Source: Gammaproteobacteria bacterium
GTDB lineage: Bacteria > Pseudomonadota > Gammaproteobacteria > Eutrophobiales > Eutrophobiaceae
Direction of reading: 5' to 3'
Length of the DNA: 64,000 bases
Assembly: GCA_965221695.1 (NCBI GenBank)
Contig: OZ244905.1
Span: 3,424,001 to 3,488,000, forward strand
The notes under the pieces were generated by a model, which did no database searches, was not told where the DNA came from, and worked only from the letters and a program-made list of their open reading frames with translations. Numbering within the stretch: position 1 is the first letter of the stretch; the number at the start of each line of letters is the position of its first letter. The position numbers and the translations under genes are program-made. Shown piece after piece: positions 38,168 through 47,366 of this stretch.

Positions 38168-39322
38168 CTACTCTGATCCCGGAGATCCGGTTTTGTAGGG
38201 CAAATGCGCGCTTAAGACGTCCACGTATGAATTCAGTTGCGCGGTCTCCTGTTGCAGGTAGTCTGCCACCGCGCGTCGGAAGCCATGATGCTGTATCCAA
38301 TGCCCGGATAGCGCCAGGAATGGTTCAAAGCCACGGTTCAGCTTATGCTCGCCCTGTACGCCCGCATCGACCGAACTCAGCCGGTGTTCCAGGCAATACT
38401 CAATGGTCTGGTAGTAGCACAGTTCAAAATGCAGGTTTGCCAGGTATCTGTCGCAACCCCAATGCCTGCCATATAAGGTGGTATCGCTGAGCATCGCAAA
38501 CGCGCCGGCGACATATTCATTGCCTTGTTTCGCCAGTATCAGCAAGGTGTTGTCCGGCATTGCCGTGCTCAGGTGGTGAAAGAAGTCCAGTGTCAGGCGT
38601 GGGCTGCCCCAGCGGCGGTAGAACGTGCTGCAGTAAAACTCGTAGAATACGTCCCAATGCTCTTCGGTGATGTCCGCGCCGCGCAGGCGTGCGATATCAA
38701 GGTTTTCCTCCCGGACCGCCCTGCGTTCCCGCCTAATCTGTTTGCGCCGCTTTGATGTCAGGCTTTGCAGGAAGTCGTCGAAGTTCTCATAATCGCGGTT
38801 ATGCCAGTGGAACTGGCAGGTGTGGCGCAGTAACAGGTCGTTATCTGTCAGGATTTTCGGGTCATCTTCCTGCGTGAACAGGCAGTGGAATGAAGACAGG
38901 TGAGAGCGTTCCGCCAGTTCTGCGACGGTCTTGATGATCAAGGACTTAATCGCGCGATCTCTGCCGGCGGAATGGTTGATGAGAATGCGCGGGCCACATA
39001 CGGGAGTGAAAGGAATGGCTGATACCAGTTTCGGATAATATCTGCCGCCGGCTCTTTCAAAAGCATCGGCCCAGGCCCAGTCAAACACAAACTCGCCGTG
39101 TGAGTTGTCCCTGATATAAAGCGGCATCGCCCCCAGCAGTTTATCCGCAGACGTCGCCAGCAGGTGGCAAGGCTCCCAGCCGTGTCCTTCCAGGCACTTG
39201 AAGCGCTCCAGGCCGTTCAGGAAGTCGTATTGTAAAAACGGGTTGTTGTTGCGCTCCAGTTGATCCCATTCCGCCTTATCAACTTGGTCAAGGCTTCTGG
39301 TCTGCCTGATCGTGATTTCCAT
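38168..39322 (-). CDS. FemAB-like GNAT protein (DUF482)
   Basis: SHGEFVFDWAWA, YYPKLVSAIPFTP, LYGRHWG, LHFELCYYQ, AGVQGEHKL.RGF. Confidence 0.9.
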   Translation of the reverse strand: MEITIRQTRSLDQVDKAEWDQLERNNNPFLQYDFLNGLERFKCLEGHGWEPCHLLATSADKLLGAMPLYIRDNSHGEFVFDWAWADAFERAGGRYYPKLVSAIPFTPVCGPRILINHSAGRDRAIKSLIIKTVAELAERSHLSSFHCLFTQEDDPKILTDNDLLLRHTCQFHWHNRDYENFDDFLQSLTSKRRKQIRRERRAVREENLDIARLRGADITEEHWDVFYEFYCSTFYRRWGSPRLTLDFFHHLSTAMPDNTLLILAKQGNEYVAGAFAMLSDTTLYGRHWGCDRYLANLHFELCYYQTIEYCLEHRLSSVDAGVQGEHKLNRGFEPFLALSGHWIQHHGFRRAVADYLQQETAQLNSYVDVLSAHLPYKTGSPGSE

Positions 39323-39388
39323 GCCTGGCTGAGAAATCCGGGCTTAACTAACCCCGGCAAACTCCGATGAATGACTGGCGCAGCCGGT

Positions 39389-39721
39389 TTATTCTCCGCC
39401 CTTGGTATACAGCGGGAATGGCATGATGTTTTTCCCTTTCTCGTCAACTTCCGTTATCCTGGCTCCACCTTGTTTATCCATTTCGTCGATGCGAATCACC
39501 GAATGCATGGGGATATAAGTGCGGGTGACATGGTTGAACTCGGATTTCAGGTTTTCCTCGGTCGGGTCGACCACCAGCGAGTTTTTCGCGCTGAATACCA
39601 GTTGCTCCATTTCCACAAAACCGAACATGGCGCCCTGATGAACGCGGCGCGCGTACATTTCATAAATCTTGCCCTGATTATGAAAGATGACTTTGTAGAT
39701 CGGCTTTTTTGACATAATCAT
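39389..39721 (-). CDS. DUF1820 family protein
   Basis: IYKVIFHNQGKIYEMYA, VVDPTEENLKSEF, IPMHSVIRIDE. Confidence 0.85.
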   Translation of the reverse strand: MIMSKKPIYKVIFHNQGKIYEMYARRVHQGAMFGFVEMEQLVFSAKNSLVVDPTEENLKSEFNHVTRTYIPMHSVIRIDEMDKQGGARITEVDEKGKNIMPFPLYTKGGE

Positions 39722-39770
39722 TCTACCTGAATGCGCTCGGGATGGAGTCTAACATATCTGGAAACTTCGG

Positions 39771-40760
39771 TTATTCATTATGAAACAGTCTGGCTGTGGA
39801 TGAAAAGAGTTTTTCCATCAGCGGCCTTTTGCGCAAGTAGCTCACTTCATAGATTTCAGCCGTTTCAGCCGCGGCGCTCAAGTAATCGTCACTGGTCCGC
39901 AGCGAGTCCACCAGGTTAAGTTCCAGGGCTTTCTTACCGTGCCAATGTTCCCCGGTGGCAATTTGTTCCACATCGACTTGCGGTCGGTTTTCCTGGACAA
40001 ACTGTTTGAAGAGTTCATGGGTATCTTCCAACTCCGCGCGCAGCTTTTCCCGGTCCGCTTCGGTATTCTCTCCGAACAGGGTCAGAGTGCGTTTAAATTT
40101 ACCGGCGGCAATCTGTTCGAAATCTATGTCGTGTTTTTTCAGCAGCTTGTGGAAATTGGGTATCTGTGCCAGCACCCCTATGGAACCTACAATTGCGAAC
40201 GGCGCGGCGATGATATGGTTCGCGACACAAGCCATCATATAGCCGCCGCTGGCTGCAATTTTATCTACCGCTACCGTCAGGACGATATTTTTATCCCTGA
40301 TCCGGCGCAACTGGGATGCCGCAAGCCCGTAGCCGTGTACAGTGCCGCCGCCGCTTTCCAGTATTACCAGCGCTTCATCTTCTGCCTTTGCAGTCGTCAG
40401 TATGGCAGATATCTCCTCCCTCAATGAGGCGACCTCGTCTGCCCTGATGTCCCCCTTGAAATTGATCACGAACAGTCGCTTTTTCTCGTCCGCATCCGTT
40501 TTATCCGCATTTTTCAGTTTTTCCTTGTGCGCTTTTGCGGCTTTTTTAAATTTTTCCTTGGGCAGGGTCGCGGCCTCCAACATGAGTTTCGCATGATCGA
40601 GTTTCTGGTTGATATGCTTGACTTCCAGCCGTCCTTCCTCGCCGACCCGGCCGCGCATTTTCAGCGCCGTGGCCAAAAAGACCACCGCCGCCACGCCGCC
40701 CAGCGCGGTTGTGAACTTTGCCAAAAACATTCCATATTCATAAAGAAAATCCATCCACAT
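39771..40760 (-). CDS. sohB: Inner-membrane protease SohB (S49)
   Basis: FLYEYGMFLAK, FKGDIRA, LESGGGTVHGYGLAASQL, AASGGYMMAC, ATGEHW. Confidence 0.95.
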   Translation of the reverse strand: MWMDFLYEYGMFLAKFTTALGGVAAVVFLATALKMRGRVGEEGRLEVKHINQKLDHAKLMLEAATLPKEKFKKAAKAHKEKLKNADKTDADEKKRLFVINFKGDIRADEVASLREEISAILTTAKAEDEALVILESGGGTVHGYGLAASQLRRIRDKNIVLTVAVDKIAASGGYMMACVANHIIAAPFAIVGSIGVLAQIPNFHKLLKKHDIDFEQIAAGKFKRTLTLFGENTEADREKLRAELEDTHELFKQFVQENRPQVDVEQIATGEHWHGKKALELNLVDSLRTSDDYLSAAAETAEIYEVSYLRKRPLMEKLFSSTARLFHNE

Positions 40761-40861
40761 ATTTGCTGTGTCTCCCGGTGGGTTGCGTTAAGTCAGTGAA
40801 TTATACCTCGAATAAGGATATATTCTCCGGTTCATCACAAACAGCAAGCATCCAGCACACA

Positions 40862-42598
40862 ATGCCAAAGGTAAAACCATTAACCCGCGCGCTGCCATTC
40901 CTGCGCCCCTACACCGGCAGGATCCTGTTTGCGCTGGTATGTCTGAGCGCGGCGGCGCTGGCTGCGTTGGCTATGCCGCTGTCCATCAGGCTGGTGGTGG
41001 ATTACGGTTTTTCCGGCGCCAACGGCCAATCTATAGACATTTATTTCATTGCATTGCTGCTGTTATCCATGATTTACGCAATTTCCTCTTCACTGCGCTA
41101 TTACACGGTGATGTGGATAGGTGAAAGAGTGGTTGCCGACATTCGAAATGCGGTGTATAGCCACGTGATACAGATGGATCCCACATTTTTTGAAGTCAAC
41201 AAGTCCGGGGAAGTATTGTCCAGATTGACCACGGACACCACCCTGGTCCAGGCCGTGGTCGGCGCCGGGGTTTCCATCGCGTTGCGCAGCGCTTTTATCC
41301 TGGCCGGCAGTCTCGTCATGATATTTGTCACCAACGTGCGCCTCAGTATTCTGTTGTTCGGGTTGTTGCCGGTGGTGGTGTTACCCATCTTGATCTATGG
41401 CAGGAAAGTCAGAAAGTTGTCCAGGGAAACCCAGGACCGGGTTGCCGATTCCAGTGGAATTGCCGGGGAAGCGCTGAATTCCATACAGGTTGTTCAGGCC
41501 TTTACCCTGGAGACTGCGCAAAGTCGCCGTTTCAGCGACGCGGTGGAACGCGCTTTCATAGCCGCAAGAAGACGCCTCTCCGTCGGGGCGCTGTTATCCG
41601 GCCTCATTGTGTTATGCGCGTTCAGCGCGATCGTAATCGTGCTGTGGACCGGCGCCCGTTCCGTCATAGACGAAAGTATCAGCGCCGGCGTCCTGGTGCA
41701 GTTCCTGTTTTACGCTACCCTGGTTGCCGGTAGCGCCACCGCGATAGGAGAGGTCTGGAGCGACATGCAGCGGGCCGCCGGCGCCATGGAGCGCGTGATG
41801 AGCATTCTGGACAGCCGGCCGGCCATCGCAAATTCTGCCGGCAACCTCCCGTTTCCCACTGATGGCAGTAATCACATCGTCATGGACAACGTGAGTTTCA
41901 ATTACCCCAGCCGCCCCGGTCAGATGGCCCTGGACGGGTTTTTCCTGGATATCATCCCTGGTGAGACACTGGCGCTGGTAGGCCCGTCGGGCGCCGGCAA
42001 GAGCACAGTCTTTCAGTTATTGTTACGGTTTTATGATCCGGCTTCGGGCGCGATCCGACTGGATGGAGTCGATATTCGCCGTGCGGACCTGCGCGCGCTC
42101 AGGAAGCGGATCGGCATCGTGCCGCAGCAGACGGCGCTGTTTGCCGAAAGCGTACTGGAGAATATCCGTTTCGGCAGGCCGGACGCTACGGACGATGAGG
42201 TTGTTATGGCAGCCAAAGCGGCCTATGCGGATGATTTCATCCGGCAACTGCCCGACGGCTACCAGACATTCCTGGGCGAGAAAGGCGCGCGCCTGTCCGG
42301 CGGGCAGCAACAGCGCATCGCCATTGCCCGGGCCGTGTTGAAAGATCCGCCCATATTGTTGCTGGATGAAGCCACCAGCTCACTGGATGCGGAAAGCGAG
42401 AACCTATTGCAGCAGGCATTGCAGCAGTTGATGGCAAACCGCACGGTAATTGTGATTGCCCACCGGCTGGCCACCGTGAAAAAAGTTGATAGGATCATCG
42501 TGATGGACCGAGGCAGGGTGGTTGATAGCGGCAACCATGACAGCCTGATAGCCAGAGATGGCATCTACGCGCGACTTGCGGAACTGCAGTTTGACTAA
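40862..42598 (+). CDS. ABC transporter, fused permease/ATPase (MsbA-related subfamily)
   Basis: GERVVADIR, SRLTTDTT, QRAAGAMER, GPSGAGKS, LSGGQQQR, LLDEATS, IAHRL. Confidence 0.9.
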   Translation: MPKVKPLTRALPFLRPYTGRILFALVCLSAAALAALAMPLSIRLVVDYGFSGANGQSIDIYFIALLLLSMIYAISSSLRYYTVMWIGERVVADIRNAVYSHVIQMDPTFFEVNKSGEVLSRLTTDTTLVQAVVGAGVSIALRSAFILAGSLVMIFVTNVRLSILLFGLLPVVVLPILIYGRKVRKLSRETQDRVADSSGIAGEALNSIQVVQAFTLETAQSRRFSDAVERAFIAARRRLSVGALLSGLIVLCAFSAIVIVLWTGARSVIDESISAGVLVQFLFYATLVAGSATAIGEVWSDMQRAAGAMERVMSILDSRPAIANSAGNLPFPTDGSNHIVMDNVSFNYPSRPGQMALDGFFLDIIPGETLALVGPSGAGKSTVFQLLLRFYDPASGAIRLDGVDIRRADLRALRKRIGIVPQQTALFAESVLENIRFGRPDATDDEVVMAAKAAYADDFIRQLPDGYQTFLGEKGARLSGGQQQRIAIARAVLKDPPILLLDEATSSLDAESENLLQQALQQLMANRTVIVIAHRLATVKKVDRIIVMDRGRVVDSGNHDSLIARDGIYARLAELQFD

Positions 42599-42673
42599 CC
42601 TGGATATAGCCCAGTACTCCGAGCTTCTTGGCATCTGGCGAACACGTATGCGTCGCCAGCGGTCCCTGCGCCG

Positions 42674-43150
42674 TCACTCTACATACGGAATAAATCGGCC
42701 CAGGATAATCACACAGACCCAAAAGGTTAAGGATAGGGCAGAAACTGTCTTGACCGCCAACCCGGGTTCTCGTGCGCCTGCTTCCATGGCTTTGCTGTGA
42801 GCTGTCATAGCGAAATATAGCGCGTTCAACCCGGCCAGGAGGATGCACAGCATCTTTAGGCGAAACGCGATGTTGGGGTAATAACGGAACGGATCACTGA
42901 AAAAGAACAGGGTCCCGGTTACCAGGTTGATACCAAATCCGGCCAGGGCCAGCGGCAGGAACCGGGACACTGCGGCAACCGGGAAGCTGCGGGTAAAGCC
43001 CAACAGTCTGCAATCCACCACCAGCAGCGATCCGATTAGCAGCGAAAGCCCGATGAAGTGCAGGGTTTCAGCCATCGGGAACAACCAGACACTGTCTCGC
43101 ATCGCCTGGCCCAGCGCCGAGGTTTCTATACTCAGGAGGAGGTCATACAT
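42674..43150 (-). CDS. DUF6644-like membrane protein
   Basis: WLFPMAETLHFIG, DCRLLG, TG.LFF, N.AF.LKM, SL.FW...I..GR.I.Y. Paralog of the adjacent gene. Confidence 0.7.
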   Translation of the reverse strand: MYDLLLSIETSALGQAMRDSVWLFPMAETLHFIGLSLLIGSLLVVDCRLLGFTRSFPVAAVSRFLPLALAGFGINLVTGTLFFFSDPFRYYPNIAFRLKMLCILLAGLNALYFAMTAHSKAMEAGAREPGLAVKTVSALSLTFWVCVIILGRFIPYVE

Positions 43151-43154
43151 AAAC

Positions 43155-43646
43155 TTATATTTCGTGCCCGAACTCGATATAAGCGATGAGCCGTCCGGCG
43201 ATAATTGCGCCGGCCCAGAATACCAGAGAGCAGCCAGCAACGAGTTTCGTTCCGATGGGTATTTCGGGACCGTGTGCCGGCATGGCAACAGCATTCTGTA
43301 AGGCCCGTGCCAGCAGCCACAGCGATGCGGCGCCCAGGGTGATAAGCGATATCTTGAACCAAAACACCGGGTGGTAAAAAAACTTCACAGGGTCGCCCGA
43401 AAACAGCGCCAGGCCGGTTACAAGATTCAATGCGAGCCCTACCCAGGCGACGGCAGATAAGCGCGCGAACAGCGAATAAGGAACGGCGCGGGCAAATCCC
43501 AGGATGCGGAGACTGATCATAGTGGCCGTGCCGGCGACTACAGCCATGCCCAGCGCATGACAGGCCAGCACAATCGGATACCCCCAAATCGATTCTGCCA
43601 CCCAGGTCCCCAGGGCGCTGTCTTGCAACCAGATCAGGAAACTCAT
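43155..43646 (-). CDS. DUF6644-like membrane protein
   Basis: WGYPIVLACHALG, LRILG, TGLALF, F.FK, SLVFWAGAIIAGRLIAY. Confidence 0.7.
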   Translation of the reverse strand: MSFLIWLQDSALGTWVAESIWGYPIVLACHALGMAVVAGTATMISLRILGFARAVPYSLFARLSAVAWVGLALNLVTGLALFSGDPVKFFYHPVFWFKISLITLGAASLWLLARALQNAVAMPAHGPEIPIGTKLVAGCSLVFWAGAIIAGRLIAYIEFGHEI

Positions 43647-43733
43647 GAATATGCGCGCAGTATGCAAACGAAAATTATAATACCTGGCGACTTAAGGCGC
43701 ACGGCTATTCGATGAACGACCTGGTCAGGCCAG

Positions 43734-44978
43734 CTAGCTGATGCTATTCAAATACCAGCGGACAAAGATCTTGACCCGTTCTTCGTGCATGGAGTAGGGG
43801 CCGGGCCGGTAACGGCTAGACATAATCCCGGCGTTATTGTTTTCGGTAATCTTCTTGTCTTGCATGGTGGTCACGTGCCAGAGCCAGGCCAGGTTTTCCG
43901 GGTCGTAATCTACGCCTTCTACCGCGTCCTTGCGCACCAGCCAACTGAACTGCACATCGGTATTGACCGCGTCACGCGGGGTGAAACGCACCATCAAGGC
44001 AAAATCATTGAACGCAAGGATATAATTGGTCGGATTGAACACGAACGCGGTTTCACCGTGATCATATTCCCTGAATCTACCCATTAGCTTCTTGCAGCCG
44101 GGTTTGCCATCCCTGGTCTCCGAGGCAAAATTCCGATCATTGATAGGGACTCTCGAGAGTTGCGCTAGGTCCAGCGAATGTTCGTCCCGTTCAAATTCGG
44201 GGACGGGGTGACCCAAGGCCAGGGTCTTTTGCGTCCATTCATCCAGAATTGGCTGGTATTTCTCCAAGGCTTCTTTTGGGCCGGAACCCGGGCCCGCTCC
44301 CAGCGCCAGCAGTTGGTCGCGGGGATGAACGCTACAATACTCCGGGTGCGCCGGAGCGCAGTGGTAGCATTCGAGGAAATTTTCTACTACGAGCTTCCAG
44401 TTGCAATGGTTCGGGTAATCGCGCTTAACTGCGATCTTTGCGTCCTTGAAGCCATGGAAATCCATCATTTCATCAAAGAGGGAATACTGCTCGGCAAAAT
44501 CGGGGGGCGCATCCTCGGACAGGCACACGAAGATCAAACCGTGATAGACGGTGACGTGCAGCTTGTGCAGGTTATGTTGTGTCCTGTCAAAGTCAGACGG
44601 CATCAGTTGCGGCGGACGCAATTCTCCGTCCAGATTGTAAGTCCAGGCGTGATACGGGCAGGCGAGCAGTTTCTTATTACCTTGCTGTTCCAGGCAAATG
44701 CGCGAACCCCGGTGCCGGCAGACGTTAAACAAGGCATTTATCCTGTCCTCCGACTCACGCACGATAATGATGGACTCATTGCCAATACTGAACAGGAAGT
44801 AGTCGCCCTTATCGGGTATGCGTGATTCGTGGTCGACCAGTAACCACCTGCGGAAAAACAGGCGCTCCAGGTCACGCGAAAATATGTCCGGCGACCGGTA
44901 AAACGCTTGTTCCAGAGAATAACCGTCCCGGTATTCTGTGATCATCCGGTCAATGCCGGCGCTGACGACAGCGTTCAT
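43734..44978 (-). CDS. Rieske non-heme iron oxygenase alpha subunit (GbcA/Stc2-like N-demethylase group)
   Basis: CRHRG...CPYHAWTY Rieske motif, NWKLVVENFLECYHCAPAHPE iron site, W.VT..QD, YRPGPYS..E. Confidence 0.88.
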   Translation of the reverse strand: MNAVVSAGIDRMITEYRDGYSLEQAFYRSPDIFSRDLERLFFRRWLLVDHESRIPDKGDYFLFSIGNESIIIVRESEDRINALFNVCRHRGSRICLEQQGNKKLLACPYHAWTYNLDGELRPPQLMPSDFDRTQHNLHKLHVTVYHGLIFVCLSEDAPPDFAEQYSLFDEMMDFHGFKDAKIAVKRDYPNHCNWKLVVENFLECYHCAPAHPEYCSVHPRDQLLALGAGPGSGPKEALEKYQPILDEWTQKTLALGHPVPEFERDEHSLDLAQLSRVPINDRNFASETRDGKPGCKKLMGRFREYDHGETAFVFNPTNYILAFNDFALMVRFTPRDAVNTDVQFSWLVRKDAVEGVDYDPENLAWLWHVTTMQDKKITENNNAGIMSSRYRPGPYSMHEERVKIFVRWYLNSIS

Positions 44979-44984
44979 ATTCTT

Positions 44985-45010
44985 TTAAGGAACCTCTGTT
45001 TTAGCCAGAG
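44985..45010. repeat. Degenerate IS5-like mini-element
   Basis: TTAA-GGAACCTCTG-TTTTAGC-CAGAG, directly upstream of the Rieske gene. Confidence 0.4.
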
Positions 45011-45083
45011 ACATCACCAACGGTGTGATTCCGATGGGCGCGGTACTGGCAGACCGCAATTTTTATCACGGTCCCGAGTATGC

Positions 45084-47042
45084 TCAGCTCATATCCAGGA
45101 CCTGGCTGGCCGCGCGCTCGCCTTCTTCCGCAGCGGTTGTCCAGAGTTGGGCGCCGGTCAATTCGGAATGGCCAAAGGCAATGCGTCCGAAAGGTTCGCG
45201 GATCATGTCGCTGGCGGAGAGTTCGCCGTGTTTGCCGTGGTAAAATCCGGGAGGCGATACCACGTAAGCGTGCCCCCAGCGGTTCGAGACGATGCCGGCA
45301 ATATCGCGTTTGGCATCGAAGCCGTATGCCGAAAACATCTTATTGAACTGCTCCCGCACGCCCCGTTCCACGTCTGCATAAGACAGGGCGAACAACTGCA
45401 TGCGGGCAGTGGTTGCCTGCTGTGGCATAGGGATGCCGGGGTTGCAAAATGAGTTGTACATGGTCAGCGCCGTGGGTTTGCCCGGGTCCAGTGGCATGGG
45501 TTCCTTCCCGTCGATTAGCATCTGCCGGCGCAGGCTGAAGAACCATCCGTAGCCTTCAAACCAGCGCACGGCGCTCGCGCCCAGCTTCTCCAGGAATTTC
45601 CAATTGCGCAGGGCCACGTTGATGGTGTGCATGGGCGCATGATGGAAGGTCGCCATCGCGTCCTGATAATCTGGCGGCAAGTCCTTGCAGACCAGCCGGT
45701 TCACCCACTGACCGCAGGCCATCACGACGTTTTTCGCCTTTACCTTGTGTAATTTGCCATCCTTATAATAGATGACGGACACGCTGCGCGCGGAGTTCGG
45801 TGAGCCGTCATGCATCACGCCGGCCACGGTGGCGGACAGGCGCATGCGCGTCGGCTGACCGGCGCGATCCAGAGCGTCCCAGTTGATATCATTAAACAGA
45901 ACCGCGGACAGGGAATTGTCCCCCTTGATGGAAGCGGGGATCATAGCCTTGACGAAGTGGCGGGCGATACCGGTGTTGCCGCCGGGGAAACTGGCCAGGT
46001 AAACGTATTCGGATGGGTCCTCCAGGCCGGCATAACGTTTGTAGGAAATCACGCCCGGCTGGACAAACTCGTAGGCGGAGTACGCGGAGATAACGTCCGC
46101 CCCCAGTCCGCAGCCCATGGCCGCGGTCTGCGGATTCAGATAAGGCATCACGTCTTTGGAGACGCCGACATGACGGGTTAGAAACTCTTCGTAAGTCATG
46201 CTGTCCAGCCAATGGTGCCAGTCGTCTTTCCGGTAGGGCACATCCTTGTAAACCTCCATGTGCAACAGGTCGCGCTTCAGACTGTCAGCTATCGGCGCAT
46301 CCTTGAAACCGCTGTTCCAGGGGTTCAGCGTCATGCCGTGGTTTTCATAATAATGCGCCAGGTCTGCATGCTCCCAGGCAATGTGCATCGGGCTGTAAAC
46401 GTCCTTGGGGATAATCAGGTCTTTTTCGAGGTTTTTTGCGGCCTGGTATTTGAATTCCTGCGGCAGTCCCAGCTTGTCCCAATAGCGATGATGCCAGCCA
46501 ATGGGCTTGGTGCGGTTTGGCGGAAAGACGCTGCCGTTCGATCCCTGGGGCGCCCATAGCCGGATGCCGTCTACTTCAAATTCATTCTGTTTCGCCTCAC
46601 CGCCGAAGATGGCATGGTTGTCCATGATCAATGTGGAGCCGTTCGGTCTGTCCTCGTGGTAGCGATATGCGGCTGCGAGTCCGGAAAAACCGCCGCCGAC
46701 CACGACCAGATCATAGACTTCGCCTGAATCAATAGCGTCCTTGAAGGCTTTTTCAAATGTGCCGTTGCGGATGCCATGGCCGTCATTAATCACTTCATGG
46801 GTGTTGCCGTTGGCGTTGCTGTAATCGCCGATACCACCGGGTCCGGTCCAGTCAGGACCCATGCCGGTCAAGGGGACAGCGAGCGTCTGCGCGTTGGCGT
46901 TGCGCATCAATCCCGGCGCGTTGGCATACAGCAATCCGGCCCCGGCGCCGATCAAGCTGCTACCGATAAAATCCCGGCGGGTAATCTCAGCGTCCAAGCC
47001 CAGCAGTCTGTCTGCGCGGGCGTTGTTTTGCGGTTTAGTCAT
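45084..47042 (-). CDS. Tat-exported flavoprotein, spermidine dehydrogenase (SpdH)-like
   Basis: ITRRDFIG Tat motif, YDLVVVGGGFSGLAAA, DNHAIFGGEAKQNEF, FPGGNTGIAR, NRWGHAY, FGRIAFGHSEL. Confidence 0.75.
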   Translation of the reverse strand: MTKPQNNARADRLLGLDAEITRRDFIGSSLIGAGAGLLYANAPGLMRNANAQTLAVPLTGMGPDWTGPGGIGDYSNANGNTHEVINDGHGIRNGTFEKAFKDAIDSGEVYDLVVVGGGFSGLAAAYRYHEDRPNGSTLIMDNHAIFGGEAKQNEFEVDGIRLWAPQGSNGSVFPPNRTKPIGWHHRYWDKLGLPQEFKYQAAKNLEKDLIIPKDVYSPMHIAWEHADLAHYYENHGMTLNPWNSGFKDAPIADSLKRDLLHMEVYKDVPYRKDDWHHWLDSMTYEEFLTRHVGVSKDVMPYLNPQTAAMGCGLGADVISAYSAYEFVQPGVISYKRYAGLEDPSEYVYLASFPGGNTGIARHFVKAMIPASIKGDNSLSAVLFNDINWDALDRAGQPTRMRLSATVAGVMHDGSPNSARSVSVIYYKDGKLHKVKAKNVVMACGQWVNRLVCKDLPPDYQDAMATFHHAPMHTINVALRNWKFLEKLGASAVRWFEGYGWFFSLRRQMLIDGKEPMPLDPGKPTALTMYNSFCNPGIPMPQQATTARMQLFALSYADVERGVREQFNKMFSAYGFDAKRDIAGIVSNRWGHAYVVSPPGFYHGKHGELSASDMIREPFGRIAFGHSELTGAQLWTTAAEEGERAASQVLDMS

Positions 47043-47072
47043 ATGCTTCCCCCTGGCATTAAGTTTGTCTTG

Positions 47073-47255
47073 CTAATGTAGCATTATTTTGTGAAACGCG
47101 GAAGAAGACAAATGGTACTGTTGCTTGAAACGCTTGTTGAAATGCGCGCTGTCCTGGAAACCCCAAAAAAAGCAACATTGGAGAATTCTCTGTGTTAAGT
47201 GTCGCGCGCGCAAATCCAAGCGTTGGCGAATGATATACTGCCTGATCTGCGCCAC
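47073..47255 (-). pseudogene. C-terminal remnant of an AraC-family (FeaR-like) regulator
   Basis: QYIIRQRLD...FFWGFQDSAHFNKRFKQQY matches the second AraC HTH signature. The N-terminal domain is missing and a repeat lies immediately upstream. Confidence 0.7.
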
Positions 47256-47259
47256 CTAG

Positions 47260-47309
47260 CATTCCCGTGCAACCCCCCGTTTTCACGGGGGCAGGCTACG
47301 GAATCCAGT
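47260..47309. repeat. Nested dRS3/REP-like hairpin
   Basis: CATTCCCGT...[CCCCCGT-TTTC-ACGGGGG-CAGGCT]...ACGGAATCCAGT; shares the GGAATCCAGT end with the 33354 family. Confidence 0.6.
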
Positions 47310-47366
47310 TGAACAATGGGTCGCCCTCCGGGCGTCAGTTGTATACGGATAGCATGAATTAAAGAC

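Noticed and set aside
40862-42598. Calling the ABC transporter msbA
   Set aside because: Its motifs (GERVVADIR, SRLTTDTT, QRAAGA.ER) fit the MsbA-related subfamily and it is not linked to lpxK.
47256-47366. Possible purine riboswitch upstream of the NCS2 permease
   Set aside because: I could not see the purine aptamer consensus. The hairpin present belongs to the dRS3-like repeat family. An Rfam scan would settle it.
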